A DNA stretch of 64,000 bases, from the NCBI GenBank assembly GCA_963713975.1, contig OY970218.1:224001-288000 (forward strand), given 5' to 3'. Below the pieces are notes generated by a model that ran no database searches, was not told the DNA's origin, and saw nothing but the letters and a program-made list of their open reading frames with translations. The first letter of the stretch is position 1. Each line of letters opens with the position of its first letter. The translations under genes and the position numbers were made by a program. Positions 34,740-45,298 of the stretch are shown here, one piece after another. Source of the DNA: an uncultured Chloroflexia bacterium. Its GTDB lineage: Bacteria > Chloroflexota > Limnocylindria > Limnocylindrales > CSP1-4.

Positions 34740-36731
34740 CTACCCGACGATCGCACCTGCGCAGTCCAGGGCCGACATGGCTGCCCCATCGACCGTCACG
34801 GGCGTGCAGGCCGAGGCCACCCAGGAGGTGACATCGGACGTGCCGGCCTGGCCACCGCGTGCCTCACCACCGGTCGAGACGAACCTGAGCTCGCCGGACG
34901 CGACCAGCGCCTGGAGCCGCTCCAGGGACAGCGCGTTGTCGCTGCCGCTGAATCCACCCATGGCCATGGCGGCCCGGCCCGTGGACAGCTCGACCTGACT
35001 GGCCGTGGTCGCATCGCTGACGGCCACGATCCACGTCGCCGCTCCCTGTTCCGCGATCAGGTACTCCAGCGTGGCGGCATCGAGGGAACCACCCTGGGCG
35101 CTGCCGGAGCCGCCATTGCCGGAGCTGCCGGCGGGGCCGTTGCCGGTGCCGTCGGCTGGCGTTTGGCCGATCGCGCCACGCGCGCCCGGAATGCCGTTCG
35201 CGGGGGCGCCGTCGATGGAGGTCGAGGTCGGACCCGCCGACGGGTCGCCGCCGGAGTAGGCCGTCGCCATGGTGTCGACCGCGTAGGCTGCCGGTCCCGC
35301 CAGGAGCATCGCGAGGGCAAGCCCCGCGGCCGCGGCCTGGACCCGGCCCCACCTTGCGGAGACCGGGAGCGCAAGGATCGGCAGCATGACTGCCGTCACA
35401 ACGATAGCGGCGAGCCCGAGCCCCGGCACGAAGCTTGGGGTCCGGTCGAGCAGCATCATGGCGACGCCGGCCGATCCCAGGATGACGATGCCCAGCACGA
35501 CGCCCACCCACGGGTACCGCTCGCGGGCCCGCCACATGGCCACCACGCCCCCGCCGACGAGCGCGCCGACCGCAGGTGCCATCGCCACGACGTAGTAGCT
35601 GTGGATCACGCCGGACATGAAGCTGAAGACGATCACGTGGACCGCCAGCCACCCGCCCCACATCAGGAACGCGGCGCGTGCGAGGTCCGTTCGTGGGGCA
35701 CGCAGGCGCGACGCGAGGCCGGCGGCTAGGCCAACCACGGACAGGGGCAGGAACCAGGCGATCTGGCCGCCCAGCTGGCTGTTGAACAGCCGCAGGATCC
35801 CGGGGGTGCCGGAGAAGCCACCGCCACCCCCACCGGACGCCGCGCCAGCCCCACCCTGGCCAAAGATCCGGCCAAGGCCGTCGTAGCCCAGGACGAGGTC
35901 CAGCGCGGAGTTGTTGGTGCTGCCGCCGACGTAGGCGCGCGACCCGGCCGGGATGAGCTCCATGGCAACGACCCACCACGAGGAGGCGACGATGACGGAG
36001 AATGCCGCGACCGTGAGGCCGGCGATCCGGCGACGGACCGAACCCGGAGCAGCGATCGCATAGACGATGGCGAACACCGGCAGCACGAGGAATGCCTGGA
36101 GGAGCTTGGTCTCGAACCCGAGACCGACGAGGATCCCTGCCATCGCGATCCAGCGAAGGCTGTTGTGCTCGAGCGCCCGCATGAACGCATACGCAGACCC
36201 GACGAGGAGCAGCGTTAGCAGAGCGTCCGGGTTGTTGTAGCGGAAGATCAGGACGGCTGCGGGGGTCAGGGCCGTGACGAGGCCGGCGATGATCGACGCC
36301 GGGGCGCCGAACGTCCGGCGCACCGTCGCCATCAACAGGGCCACCGTTCCGACACCCATGAGGGCCTGGGGCAGCAGGATGGAAGCGGGGCTGAGCCCGA
36401 AGATCCGCACCGAGAGCCCCATCACCATCGTCGCGAGCGGCGGCTTGTCCACCGTGATGAAGTTCGCGGGGTCGATCGAGCCCATGAACCAGGCGGACCA
36501 GCTCTGCGAGGCAGCCCACGCGGCGCCTGAGTAGTACACGTTGGCGTAGCCACTCACAGTGAGGTTGACGATGTACAGGAGCGAGGCCAGAGCGAGCACA
36601 GCGGCGGTCGCTGGGAGCACCCAGGTGGCCTCGCCTGCGCGGGCTCGGATCAGGAGCCGCTCGAGTCGCGCGGTCGGAGCCTGGGCGGGGCGGACACGCG
36701 GTTCGGCGCTGGGCGGGGCGAGGGTGGTCAT
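34740..36731 (-). CDS. GT39/PMT-2 family glycosyltransferase (YkcB-like)
   Basis: GYANVYY, ITVDKPP, RYNNPD, GYDGLGRI, HSYY and MAMGGFSG.D motifs. Confidence 0.9.
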   Translation of the reverse strand: MTTLAPPSAEPRVRPAQAPTARLERLLIRARAGEATWVLPATAAVLALASLLYIVNLTVSGYANVYYSGAAWAASQSWSAWFMGSIDPANFITVDKPPLATMVMGLSVRIFGLSPASILLPQALMGVGTVALLMATVRRTFGAPASIIAGLVTALTPAAVLIFRYNNPDALLTLLLVGSAYAFMRALEHNSLRWIAMAGILVGLGFETKLLQAFLVLPVFAIVYAIAAPGSVRRRIAGLTVAAFSVIVASSWWVVAMELIPAGSRAYVGGSTNNSALDLVLGYDGLGRIFGQGGAGAASGGGGGGFSGTPGILRLFNSQLGGQIAWFLPLSVVGLAAGLASRLRAPRTDLARAAFLMWGGWLAVHVIVFSFMSGVIHSYYVVAMAPAVGALVGGGVVAMWRARERYPWVGVVLGIVILGSAGVAMMLLDRTPSFVPGLGLAAIVVTAVMLPILALPVSARWGRVQAAAAGLALAMLLAGPAAYAVDTMATAYSGGDPSAGPTSTSIDGAPANGIPGARGAIGQTPADGTGNGPAGSSGNGGSGSAQGGSLDAATLEYLIAEQGAATWIVAVSDATTASQVELSTGRAAMAMGGFSGSDNALSLERLQALVASGELRFVSTGGEARGGQAGTSDVTSWVASACTPVTVDGAAMSALDCAGAIVG

Positions 36732-37240
36732 GACTGGCTCCTGGTCGAAGGCTGGACGACGTGGGGTGAGGGCCGTCGGTCGGTCCGGATCCACGCCCTG
36801 AGGAGGACGAAACGCGCCACCGTTGCAAGGGTGTTCGCGACGATGAGGACCGCCAGCTCCACCATCCGCCCGGCGCCCGGGGCGACTGCGTCCAGGAATC
36901 GCACGGAGAGGGTGGTGATGGCCAGGGCGACGCCCAGTGCGGCGAGGCCGCCGGCCTGGTCGCGGAGCATCGAGCGGCGGCCGCGAACACCGAAGGTGAG
37001 GCGCCGGTTCGCGGCCGTGTTGCCGATCGCGGTGACGACCAGTGCGGCGGCGTTGGAGGCCGTCGCGCCGAGGACGGTACGCAGCGCCAGGTACAGGACC
37101 GCGTAGGCGACCGTGCTGACGATCCCGATCGCCGCGAACGAGATCACCTCGCGCCCGAGGCCCGACCGCAGGATCGCGGTGGCAATGGCGACCGGTGCAG
37201 CCGCCGTCATTCGGAGCCGGAGTTGGGTGGGGGCAGTCAT
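36728..37240 (-). CDS. GtrA family flippase-like protein
   Basis: SFAAIGIVST, NTAANRRLTF and ATVARFVLLR; ATGA overlap with the GT gene. Confidence 0.85.
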   Translation of the reverse strand: MTAPTQLRLRMTAAAPVAIATAILRSGLGREVISFAAIGIVSTVAYAVLYLALRTVLGATASNAAALVVTAIGNTAANRRLTFGVRGRRSMLRDQAGGLAALGVALAITTLSVRFLDAVAPGAGRMVELAVLIVANTLATVARFVLLRAWIRTDRRPSPHVVQPSTRSQS

Positions 37241-37461
37241 CGGGAGCCGCCCGTGGACGCGCGGCCGGGACCGGCGGCGCCGGCTGTCAAGGGCTGGTGA
37301 GGAGACGTCGGGCAACGACCCTGGGTCGGGTCCGGGGAGGGTGTCGTATCCATGCCCGGAGTCTCGGGGTGGGCCCCTTTCGGACCGGTTACACGCAGGC
37401 GTTGCTGGGCCGTAGAGTCCCCCACATGACCGGCCCCGACGCCGGACAGCCCCGGTCCGCC

Positions 37462-38706
37462 TCAGCCCGGCGAGGCGTGGCTCCAGGTCACGGCGAAGCG
37501 AGCTCCACCGGAGGGCGACCTGCCAACCGTCCAGCGGCCGGCCGTCGCGCGCACGATCGTCTCGCCGATCGCCAGGCCCAGTCCCGCTCCACCGGCGTCT
37601 CCGGCTGTGGCCAGCGAGCGGTGGAACCGGTCGAAGATGCGAGCCTCGTCCTCCGGGGCGATCCCGGGGCCCGAGTCGTCCACGGTGACGGTAGCCCGCG
37701 AGCCGTCGAGGCTGACGGTGAGGTCCACGGTCCCCTCCTCCGGGGCGTACTTGCAGGCGTTGTCCAGCAGCACGCCGACGAGGCGGTCGAGCAGATCCGG
37801 GGGCGCCGTCACCAGCACCGGGCCGGCGGGGACGTGGATCCCGAGCCGAAGGCGCCGGGTCTCGGCGACGGCGGCGAAACGGTCGGCGGCGTGGGTCGCC
37901 AGCACGCCAAGGTCCACCGGCCCGGTCGTCGTGGACGGGGCGGCGGCATCGAAGCGCGCCAGCCAGAGCATGTCCTCCAGGAGCCGGCGCATCCGCTTCG
38001 ACTCGCGGTCGATGCGCCCGAAGGCACCGCGGTACCAGTCCGTGTCGCGGTCCTGGGCCAGCGCGAGGCTGGTATGGGCCTCGATGACCGAGAGTGGCGT
38101 GCGCAGCTCGTGCGAGGCATCGGCCGTGAACTCGAGCTGGCGGCGGCGTGCCGCCTCGATCGGCTCGGCGACCCGCCGACCGATCAGCACGGCACCGGCG
38201 AACACGAATCCAAGCAGGAAGGGCGCGATCAGCAGGACCCCGACGACGATGGTCCGCTGCGCATCCCCGACCTGCTCCGCCGACTGGGCAACCACCAGCC
38301 GCCCGTCGGCGACGTCTCCGCCGGCCACCCGCATCGCGGTGCCGTCGATGGTCGCGGTCACCGGCGTCGTCACGTCGACGAGATCGTCCGGCAGCGCCGG
38401 CGTGGTGCTGGCCGCCACGACCGTGCCGTCGTCCATGACGATCCACACCAGGAATGGTGCCCCATAGGGGCGCCCGGGGTCCCGGCCCGGCGATGGTAGC
38501 GTTCCGTCCGGCTGATCGCCCGGAGTGCCGTCCGGAGGCACTCGGAGCATCGCCTCGGTCAGGCGCTGGTCGACCTGGGCTGTCAAGTCCCTCGTGGCGT
38601 AGGCGATGACGCCCGCCGCGATCGCGAAGTACACGACCGCCACCACGAGGGTCGCCGAGAGCGCCACCCGGATGGACTGGCGGCGGACCCCGGGTGCGCC
38701 GCTCAT
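37462..38706 (-). CDS. Sensor histidine kinase
   Basis: ADASHELRTPL, LLDNACKY, DSGPGI and GAGLGLAI motifs; two TM. Confidence 0.95.
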   Translation of the reverse strand: MSGAPGVRRQSIRVALSATLVVAVVYFAIAAGVIAYATRDLTAQVDQRLTEAMLRVPPDGTPGDQPDGTLPSPGRDPGRPYGAPFLVWIVMDDGTVVAASTTPALPDDLVDVTTPVTATIDGTAMRVAGGDVADGRLVVAQSAEQVGDAQRTIVVGVLLIAPFLLGFVFAGAVLIGRRVAEPIEAARRRQLEFTADASHELRTPLSVIEAHTSLALAQDRDTDWYRGAFGRIDRESKRMRRLLEDMLWLARFDAAAPSTTTGPVDLGVLATHAADRFAAVAETRRLRLGIHVPAGPVLVTAPPDLLDRLVGVLLDNACKYAPEEGTVDLTVSLDGSRATVTVDDSGPGIAPEDEARIFDRFHRSLATAGDAGGAGLGLAIGETIVRATAGRWTVGRSPSGGARFAVTWSHASPG

Positions 38707-39377
38707 CGTCCCTCCGGCTCCACGCGGTAGCCGGCACCGCGGACCGTGACGATCCGGATGCCCGCATCGGGCAGCTTGGCACGGAGGCGGCTGAGCTGGA
38801 CATCGATGGCGTTGGAGCCCAGGGGATCCGTCTCGTCCGCCCAGGCATGCTCCGCGATGGCCTTCCGGTCGACGACCGCCGGCATCCGGCGCAGCAGGAG
38901 CTCCAGGATCCGGTACTCGGTGGCGGTGAGCGACCGCTCCAGGCCATCGACGGTGACGAGGCGGGTCACCGGGTCCAGGGCCAGCTTGCCGACGCGCAGG
39001 ACCGGAGCGTCCACCCCGCGTGGACGGCGCTGGAGGGCCCGCACCCTGGCCAGCAGCTCCCCGAAGTCAAAGGGCTTGACGAGGTAGTCATCGGCGCCGC
39101 TGTCCAGGCCCCGGATCCGGTCCGCGGGCGTGTCCCGCGCCGTCAGCATCAGGAGCCCGGTCGGCCGGTCATGCCTCCGCGCCCAGGCCACGACGTCGAC
39201 CCCCTCGGCGCCCGGCATCCGCCAGTCGATCACGGCGACGTCGTACTCGTACCACCTCAGCTGGTCAATGGCATCGTCGCCACGGGCCACGGCATCGACG
39301 TGGTAGCCGGCATCGGCGAGGCCGAGGACCAGGACCTCACGGAGGCCCTCGTCATCCTCGGCCACCAGGATCCTCAT
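38703..39377 (-). CDS. OmpR-family response regulator
   Basis: VAEDD, IDWRMP, GADDYLVKPF and TVRGAGY motifs. Confidence 0.95.
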   Translation of the reverse strand: MRILVAEDDEGLREVLVLGLADAGYHVDAVARGDDAIDQLRWYEYDVAVIDWRMPGAEGVDVVAWARRHDRPTGLLMLTARDTPADRIRGLDSGADDYLVKPFDFGELLARVRALQRRPRGVDAPVLRVGKLALDPVTRLVTVDGLERSLTATEYRILELLLRRMPAVVDRKAIAEHAWADETDPLGSNAIDVQLSRLRAKLPDAGIRIVTVRGAGYRVEPEGR

Positions 39378-39747
39378 GCCGTCAGCCTCCGTTGCGGCTC
39401 GTCAGTCGGGCAGCTTCTGCCGTGGTGATCGTGCCACGGGGGATCATGCGCCACGCGGGGTGCGGTGCGTCGACCGTCACGCACGCCAGGTCGGTCACGA
39501 GCATCGTGGTCGAGCATCGGTGGGCCTCCTTGGGCAAGAGGTGCGGGCCCGGGCCGGGGGGAGGGCGCCGGGCCCGCGGTGGCGTTCAGGGACCAGTCTC
39601 GCCGCCGGACCCTTGCGATCCGGTTACGCGACGCCAGCCGCGCCGTGGTCCCGGGGCGTCAGCGCAGCGTCCACCGGTCCGCGTCGGCCTCCGGTCGGGG
39701 CCATCCGGCAGATGCGGGACGGCGCGCCGGGGTCGATCCTCGGCGAC

Positions 39748-42039
39748 GTGGGTACTGCGTCAGCGACTCCCGCAGCTACGGCGCCAACCGGCACGGTGGT
39801 TCACTCGCCGCTCAGGCGAGAGGGACCGGCGAAGCTGACCGGCGCCGCCCGCTTCACGGACGACATGGTCGTTTCCGGGGCGTGGTACGGCGTGACCGTG
39901 CGCTCCACGGAGCCCCACGCCAGGCTGCTGGGCATCGACCTCGATCCGGGCTTCGACTGGTCGGCGGTCGTGGTGGTCACGGCCGCGGACATCCCCGGCG
40001 ACAACGTGGTGACCCTGCTCGTCGACGACCAGCCCGCCCTCGTCGACGGTGAGATCCGGCACGTGGCGGAGCCCGTGGTCCTGGTCGCCGCCCCGGACCC
40101 GATCCTGGCCCGGGCTGCCCGCGACGCGGTCCACCTTCGCACCGAGCCCCTGCTCGCGGTCCTGGATCCATTGGCGGCAACCGAGTTCTGCAAGGTGTTC
40201 GAGATCGCCAGGGGAGACCTCGACGCCGGGCTCGCGAGTGCCGATCTCGTCCTGGAGGGCACGTACAGGACCGGCTACCAGGAACAGCTCTACATCGAGC
40301 CGCAGGCGATGATCGCGATCCCCCGCCCCGACGGCGGCCTGACCATCCACGGCTCGATGCAGTGCCCGTACTACGTGCACAAGGCGGTCGTGCGGGCGCT
40401 CGGCCTCGATCGCGATCGGGTCGCCATCGTGCAGGAGGAGACGGGAGGCGGCTTCGGCGGCAAGGAGGAGTACCCGTCCATCCTGGCGATCCATGCCGCC
40501 CTGCTCGCCCGCAAGGCGGGGCGCCCCGTGCGCATGGTGTATGAGCGGCACGAGGACCTCGCCGCGACCACCAAGCGACATCCGTCGATCATCCGCCACC
40601 GGACCGGCGTGACCCGTGACGGCCGGCTGGTGGCCCAGGACATCGAGATCGTCCTCGACGCGGGCGCCTACGCAACCGTGTCACCGGTCGTCCTGTCCCG
40701 CGGCGGCATCCACTGCGCGGGACCGTATGCCTGCCCCAACACACGGATCCGCGCCCGCGCGGCCGTGACCAACACGCCGCCCAACGGCGCCTTCCGGGGG
40801 TTCGGCGCGCCACAGGCCGCGTTCGCCGTCGAGACGCACCTGGACCGCCTCGCGGCCGCAGCGGGCATCTCGCCGCTCGAGATCCGGCGGCGCAATGCCT
40901 ACCGGCTCGGTGACGCCACGGCCACGGGCCAGGTCCTGCGCGAGAGCGTGGGGGCACTGGAGACGCTCGAGGCGGCGGCGGAGGCCTCCGGGTTCGAACG
41001 CGTCCGACGCGACCACGATGCGCGGCGCGAGGCGCGGCGCGAGGCGCGGTCCCGGCGAGGTGACGGGAACGCCGGGGCGCGCCTGGACGATCGGTCGGCC
41101 TCGGGGATCGGGATCGCGCTTGGCTGGCATGGCGCCGGGTTCACCGGCTCCGGGGAGGCGAGGCTCGCGAGCACCGCCTCGGTCGAGGTCGACGGCGGCG
41201 GGCAGATCCGGGCCTTCTCCGCGAACACGGAGATGGGCCAGGGATCGCGAACGGTGCTCGCCCAGGTGGTTGCCGAGGCGCTGGGCGTGGACCCCGACGA
41301 GGTCGACATCGCCCCCCAGGACACCGCGCTCGTCGCGGACAGCGGCCCGACCGTGGCGTCACGTACGACGATGGTGGTCGGCGCGTTGCTGGCGACCGCA
41401 TCCACGCACCTGCGTTCAGACGTGGAGGCCGTGACCGGCCGTCCGTTCGCGGCATCCTACCGCTCGTTCGCCCGTGAGCACGGTCCCCTGCGCGCCACGG
41501 AGCGGTTCCACGGCTTCCCGGGGATCGAGTGGGACGACGAGGCCTACCGGGGTGACGCCTACCCTGCCTACAGTTGGGCGTGCGCGGTGGCGGCCGTGGA
41601 CGTGGACCTCGACACGGGCGAGGTGCGGGTCCGGTCGGTCGTCCAGGCCGCCGACGCCGGCCGTATCGTCAACCGGGTCCTGGCCGAGGGCCAGGTCGAG
41701 GGCGGCACGCTGCAGGCCGTGGGCTACGCCACGCTCGAGGAGCTGCAGGCTGCGGACGGCCGCTACCGGAATGACCGGCTCTCGACCTACCTGATCCCGA
41801 CCGCGCTCGACGCGCCCCGGATCGAGACCCTCTTCGTGGGACAGCCGTTCGGTGCCGTCCCGCACGGGGCCAAGGGCCTGGGCGAGCTGCCGATGGACGT
41901 GCCCGCCCCCGCGGTGATCGCGGCGATCCACGATGCGACCGGGGCATGGATCCCGGACCTGCCGGCGACACCCGAGAAGATCCTCGCCGCGCTCTTGGCA
42001 CTGGATATCGAGGCGGGAGCGGAGGAGGCGGCCCGATGA
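39748..42039 (+). CDS. Xanthine dehydrogenase-family molybdopterin-binding subunit (start uncertain)
   Basis: GGGFGGKE, FRGFGAPQ, EMGQG, TVASR, GQVEGG and KGLGE motifs. Confidence 0.93.
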   Translation: MGTASATPAATAPTGTVVHSPLRREGPAKLTGAARFTDDMVVSGAWYGVTVRSTEPHARLLGIDLDPGFDWSAVVVVTAADIPGDNVVTLLVDDQPALVDGEIRHVAEPVVLVAAPDPILARAARDAVHLRTEPLLAVLDPLAATEFCKVFEIARGDLDAGLASADLVLEGTYRTGYQEQLYIEPQAMIAIPRPDGGLTIHGSMQCPYYVHKAVVRALGLDRDRVAIVQEETGGGFGGKEEYPSILAIHAALLARKAGRPVRMVYERHEDLAATTKRHPSIIRHRTGVTRDGRLVAQDIEIVLDAGAYATVSPVVLSRGGIHCAGPYACPNTRIRARAAVTNTPPNGAFRGFGAPQAAFAVETHLDRLAAAAGISPLEIRRRNAYRLGDATATGQVLRESVGALETLEAAAEASGFERVRRDHDARREARREARSRRGDGNAGARLDDRSASGIGIALGWHGAGFTGSGEARLASTASVEVDGGGQIRAFSANTEMGQGSRTVLAQVVAEALGVDPDEVDIAPQDTALVADSGPTVASRTTMVVGALLATASTHLRSDVEAVTGRPFAASYRSFAREHGPLRATERFHGFPGIEWDDEAYRGDAYPAYSWACAVAAVDVDLDTGEVRVRSVVQAADAGRIVNRVLAEGQVEGGTLQAVGYATLEELQAADGRYRNDRLSTYLIPTALDAPRIETLFVGQPFGAVPHGAKGLGELPMDVPAPAVIAAIHDATGAWIPDLPATPEKILAALLALDIEAGAEEAAR

Positions 42040-43505
42040 TCGAGTCGTCGCCCCTCGCCGCCCCTCCGATCCGGTTCCGGGTCAACGGCCGCGCGGTCGA
42101 GATCACGGACGAGCCAGGGGGCCGGCGCCTGCTCGACGTCCTGCGACTCGACCTGGGCCTTACGGGGGCGAAGGAGGGATGCGGCGAGGGCGAGTGCGGC
42201 GCCTGCTCCGTGCTGCTCGACGGCGCCGTCGTCAACAGCTGCCTGCTGCCGGTGGGCCAGGCCGACGGTCACGAGGTCGTCACCGTGGAGGGGCTGGCCG
42301 ACGGCGACCGCCTGTCGCCCCTCCAGCAGTCGTTCCTCGAGACGGGTGGGACGCAGTGCGGGATGTGCACCCCGGGGTTGCTCGTGGCCGCCCATGCGCT
42401 CCTCGAATTGGGACGACCCGCCGGCGAGCCCGACGTCCGCGAGGCGATCGCGGGCAACCTCTGCCGCTGCACTGGCTACACCAAGGTGGTCGAGGCGATC
42501 GAGGCGGCGGGGGCGGTCCACCGGCCGGCAAGGGTCGCGGGCGTCCAGGACGCACCGGTCGCGGGCGAGCTGCCGGCATCGCCGGCCGTTCCCGCAACGG
42601 TGCGACGCCACCACGGGTCCATCCGGTCCGATCCGCGCCTGGTCCGCCCCACCTCCCTGCCCGATGCGGTGGCGCGGCTCACCGCCGATCCGGCGCTCCG
42701 CCCGTTCGCCGGTGGGACGGACCTGATGGTCGAGCTGGCCCACGGATCGGCATCGCCGGGACGCCCGCTGCTGGACCTGTGGGAGCTCGACGAGCTGCGC
42801 GGGATCGAGGTCATCCACGATGAGCTGGCCCTGGGCGCATTGACCACCTGGACGGAGCTCCTCGACTCCACCGTCGCGCGCCACGCGCTGCCGGTGCTCG
42901 GCGAGGCGGCCGCGACGGTCGGTGCCGTCCAGGTCCGGAACCGGGGCACCATCGGCGGCAACTGCGTCACCGCCTCCCCCGCGGGCGATCTCCTGCCGGT
43001 GCTGCTTGCCACGGACGCGAGCCTTGAGGTGGCGGGGCCAGGCGGGACCCGGACGATCCGGGCGGATGCCTTCTGGACGGGCTACCGCACGACCGCCCTC
43101 GCCCCCGGGGAGCTGCTGGTGGCCGTGCGGGTCCCGCTGGTCCCCGGCCGAAGGGTGCGCTACCGGAAGGTCGGCACGCGTCGCGCGCTGGCGATCGCCA
43201 AGGTATCGATCGCCCTCGCCTGGCAGGACGGGGCGACGGCGGCAGGAACCGGCGGCACCGGCCGCGGACGCTGGCGGGGCGTCCGGGTCGCTCTGGGTTC
43301 AGTCGCGCCCACGCCCATTCGCGTGCTCCGGACCGAGGCGGTGCTGGAAGGGCGGCTGCCGGATCTCGCGATCGCGAACGAGGCCGCCGCCACGGTCCGG
43401 GCCGAGATCACGCCGATCGACGACATCCGCTCGACCGCCGACTACCGCCGCGAGGTCACGGGCCGGATCCTGCGCCGCATCGTGCTCGACGGCGCCCAGG
43501 GCTGA
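42036..43505 (+). CDS. Fused [2Fe-2S] and FAD-binding subunits of an Xdh-family enzyme
   Basis: GCGEGECGAC, QCGMCTPG, NLCRCTGY, then AGGTDL, RNRGTIGGN and DDIRSTADYR. Confidence 0.92.
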   Translation: MIESSPLAAPPIRFRVNGRAVEITDEPGGRRLLDVLRLDLGLTGAKEGCGEGECGACSVLLDGAVVNSCLLPVGQADGHEVVTVEGLADGDRLSPLQQSFLETGGTQCGMCTPGLLVAAHALLELGRPAGEPDVREAIAGNLCRCTGYTKVVEAIEAAGAVHRPARVAGVQDAPVAGELPASPAVPATVRRHHGSIRSDPRLVRPTSLPDAVARLTADPALRPFAGGTDLMVELAHGSASPGRPLLDLWELDELRGIEVIHDELALGALTTWTELLDSTVARHALPVLGEAAATVGAVQVRNRGTIGGNCVTASPAGDLLPVLLATDASLEVAGPGGTRTIRADAFWTGYRTTALAPGELLVAVRVPLVPGRRVRYRKVGTRRALAIAKVSIALAWQDGATAAGTGGTGRGRWRGVRVALGSVAPTPIRVLRTEAVLEGRLPDLAIANEAAATVRAEITPIDDIRSTADYRREVTGRILRRIVLDGAQG

Positions 43506-43542
43506 CCGGCCGGCAACGCGACCGCGAGCCGGCGGACATGGT

Positions 43543-44049
43543 TCAGATCGCGGGCGCGTCCAGCCCCAGCGTCGCCGCCAGCTCCTGTACCGCTGCCCGC
43601 TCCGCATCGTTGACCAGGACGCCGCCGCTGCCGAGGAACCCCTGGTCCTCCATGCCCGCCTGCGCCACCGCCACCGCGATCCCGAGCAGCCACGACCTGT
43701 ACGCCGAGGTCTCATCGGGGGTAGCGCCGGCCTCTACCGCCGCCATGGCCGATCGCACCGTCGCGACCGCCCTGTCGCGCGCATCGGGGGCCGTCACGAT
43801 CCTGGCGTAGTCGGGGAACGCGCCACCGGACGCCGCGTGGTCCTGGAGGGTCACGATGATCGACGAGAGCAGCGGATGGGCGACCTGGCCGCGGGCGCTG
43901 TCGAGCACGTAGGCGGCCATCGCGAAGCCCTCGCTGGCCGTCTCCTCCTTGCGACCAGGGCTCGCCGTCGAGATCAGCACGGCCGCCGCCTCCAGGCCCT
44001 GAAGGATCAGCCGCCGGTCATCGGGTTCGAAGTCGCCGAGCAGGGTCAT
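43543..44049 (-). CDS. Hypothetical helical protein (GFLG.GG..V.DAE motif, TerB-like?)
   Basis: GGAGG RBS; C-terminal YRSWLL.IA.AVAQAG...GFLGSGGVLVNDAERAA. Confidence 0.75.
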   Translation of the reverse strand: MTLLGDFEPDDRRLILQGLEAAAVLISTASPGRKEETASEGFAMAAYVLDSARGQVAHPLLSSIIVTLQDHAASGGAFPDYARIVTAPDARDRAVATVRSAMAAVEAGATPDETSAYRSWLLGIAVAVAQAGMEDQGFLGSGGVLVNDAERAAVQELAATLGLDAPAI

Positions 44050-44149
44050 GTCGCATCCTCCGTGCACCGGAATGGTTGACGACGGTGCACGATGTCGACC
44101 TTACCGCCATTCGACCCCGCGAGGCGTGGAAATGTCCGTGGTGAGCCGA

Positions 44150-45298
44150 TCAGGCCGTCGATGGGGACCCGGGCGCCCACAGGATCGCGGCGGGCCGACA
44201 GCGGGTGAGGCACAGGCCACAGCGCTCGCATCGCTCCTGGTCCAGCTCGGCCTTGCCGTTCACGACGTGGATGGCGTCGTAGACGCACGAGCCCTCGCAC
44301 AGCGCGCAGCCGTTGCACAGGTCGAGATCCACCATCGGCGGGCCGGGAACCTGGGCGGCAACGGGCTCGCGCAGGGCCATGCCCCGCACGTCGTCGAGAC
44401 CGGCGTATCCGTGGCCGGCGAGCCAGGCGGCCGCCTCTCCCGCGATCTTCCCGAACACGCCGCGACCGCGGAGGATTGCCGCGGTGCACACCTGCACGGC
44501 CGACGCGCCCGCCATCGCCATCTCGATCACGTCCGTGCCGCGGCTGATCCCGCCACAGCCGATGACGGGCAGGTCCACGGCGCGGGCCACATCGAACACG
44601 GAGCGCACGGCAAGGGGCTTGAGGGCCGGACCGGAGAGCCAGCCAGAGCCGTCGCCGCCACCCAGGCGCGGCCGGCCGCTCTCGATGTCGACGGCCAGGC
44701 AGGGGCCAAACGAGTTGATGGCGACGATCGCGTCCGCACCGGCGCGTGCCGCCTGCTCGGCAGCCCGTGACATCTGGCGTCCGAGCGGGCTGAGCTTGAC
44801 CCACACGGGCACGTCCACGGCGTCCTTGGCCGCCCGGATCGCGTCGACCATCGGGCCCGCGTCCTCGCCGATGTAGTGCGTCGAGAGCTCCAGGGCATCC
44901 GCGAACGGCCGGACGCGGGGCGCGAGCCACGCGATGTCCGCGGCGGAATAGCCCAGGCTCACGATCAGCGGCAGGTCCGGCGTCCTCGCCTGCGGCAGCT
45001 CGTACTCCAGCCACTGCTCCGGCGGGAGCTCGGACCACAGCTCGGCGTTGAGGAACCCATGAGCGATCTCGGCCATGTTAGGCGTGGGGACGACGGCCGC
45101 GGAGCGCGAGATGGTCTTGCTGACCAGGCCCCCGGCGCCACCCGCGGCGCAGGCCAGCATGGCGGCCCCGTCACGCACCGGCGGCCCCGCCGCCGTGAGG
45201 ACCGGGTTGCGGAACCGGATGCCACAGACCTCGACGGAGGCGTCGACGGGCGGTGCCGTCGCGGCGGCAGCCGAGGCGGGCGTTGCGCGCCGGGTCAC
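44150..45298 (-). CDS. Dihydroorotate/dihydropyrimidine dehydrogenase FMN subunit (PreA-like) with 2x[4Fe-4S]
   Basis: FRNPVLTAAGP, VSKTI, VKLSP, AINS, WLSGPALKP, GCGGI; CNGCALCEGSC and CERCGLCLTRC. Confidence 0.88.
   Translation of the reverse strand: MTRRATPASAAAATAPPVDASVEVCGIRFRNPVLTAAGPPVRDGAAMLACAAGGAGGLVSKTISRSAAVVPTPNMAEIAHGFLNAELWSELPPEQWLEYELPQARTPDLPLIVSLGYSAADIAWLAPRVRPFADALELSTHYIGEDAGPMVDAIRAAKDAVDVPVWVKLSPLGRQMSRAAEQAARAGADAIVAINSFGPCLAVDIESGRPRLGGGDGSGWLSGPALKPLAVRSVFDVARAVDLPVIGCGGISRGTDVIEMAMAGASAVQVCTAAILRGRGVFGKIAGEAAAWLAGHGYAGLDDVRGMALREPVAAQVPGPPMVDLDLCNGCALCEGSCVYDAIHVVNGKAELDQERCERCGLCLTRCRPAAILWAPGSPSTA

Noticed and set aside
37284-37303. Possible OmpR-type direct repeat upstream of gtrA (CTCACCA/TTGACAG at 11 bp)
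   Set aside because: Too degenerate to support from one instance.
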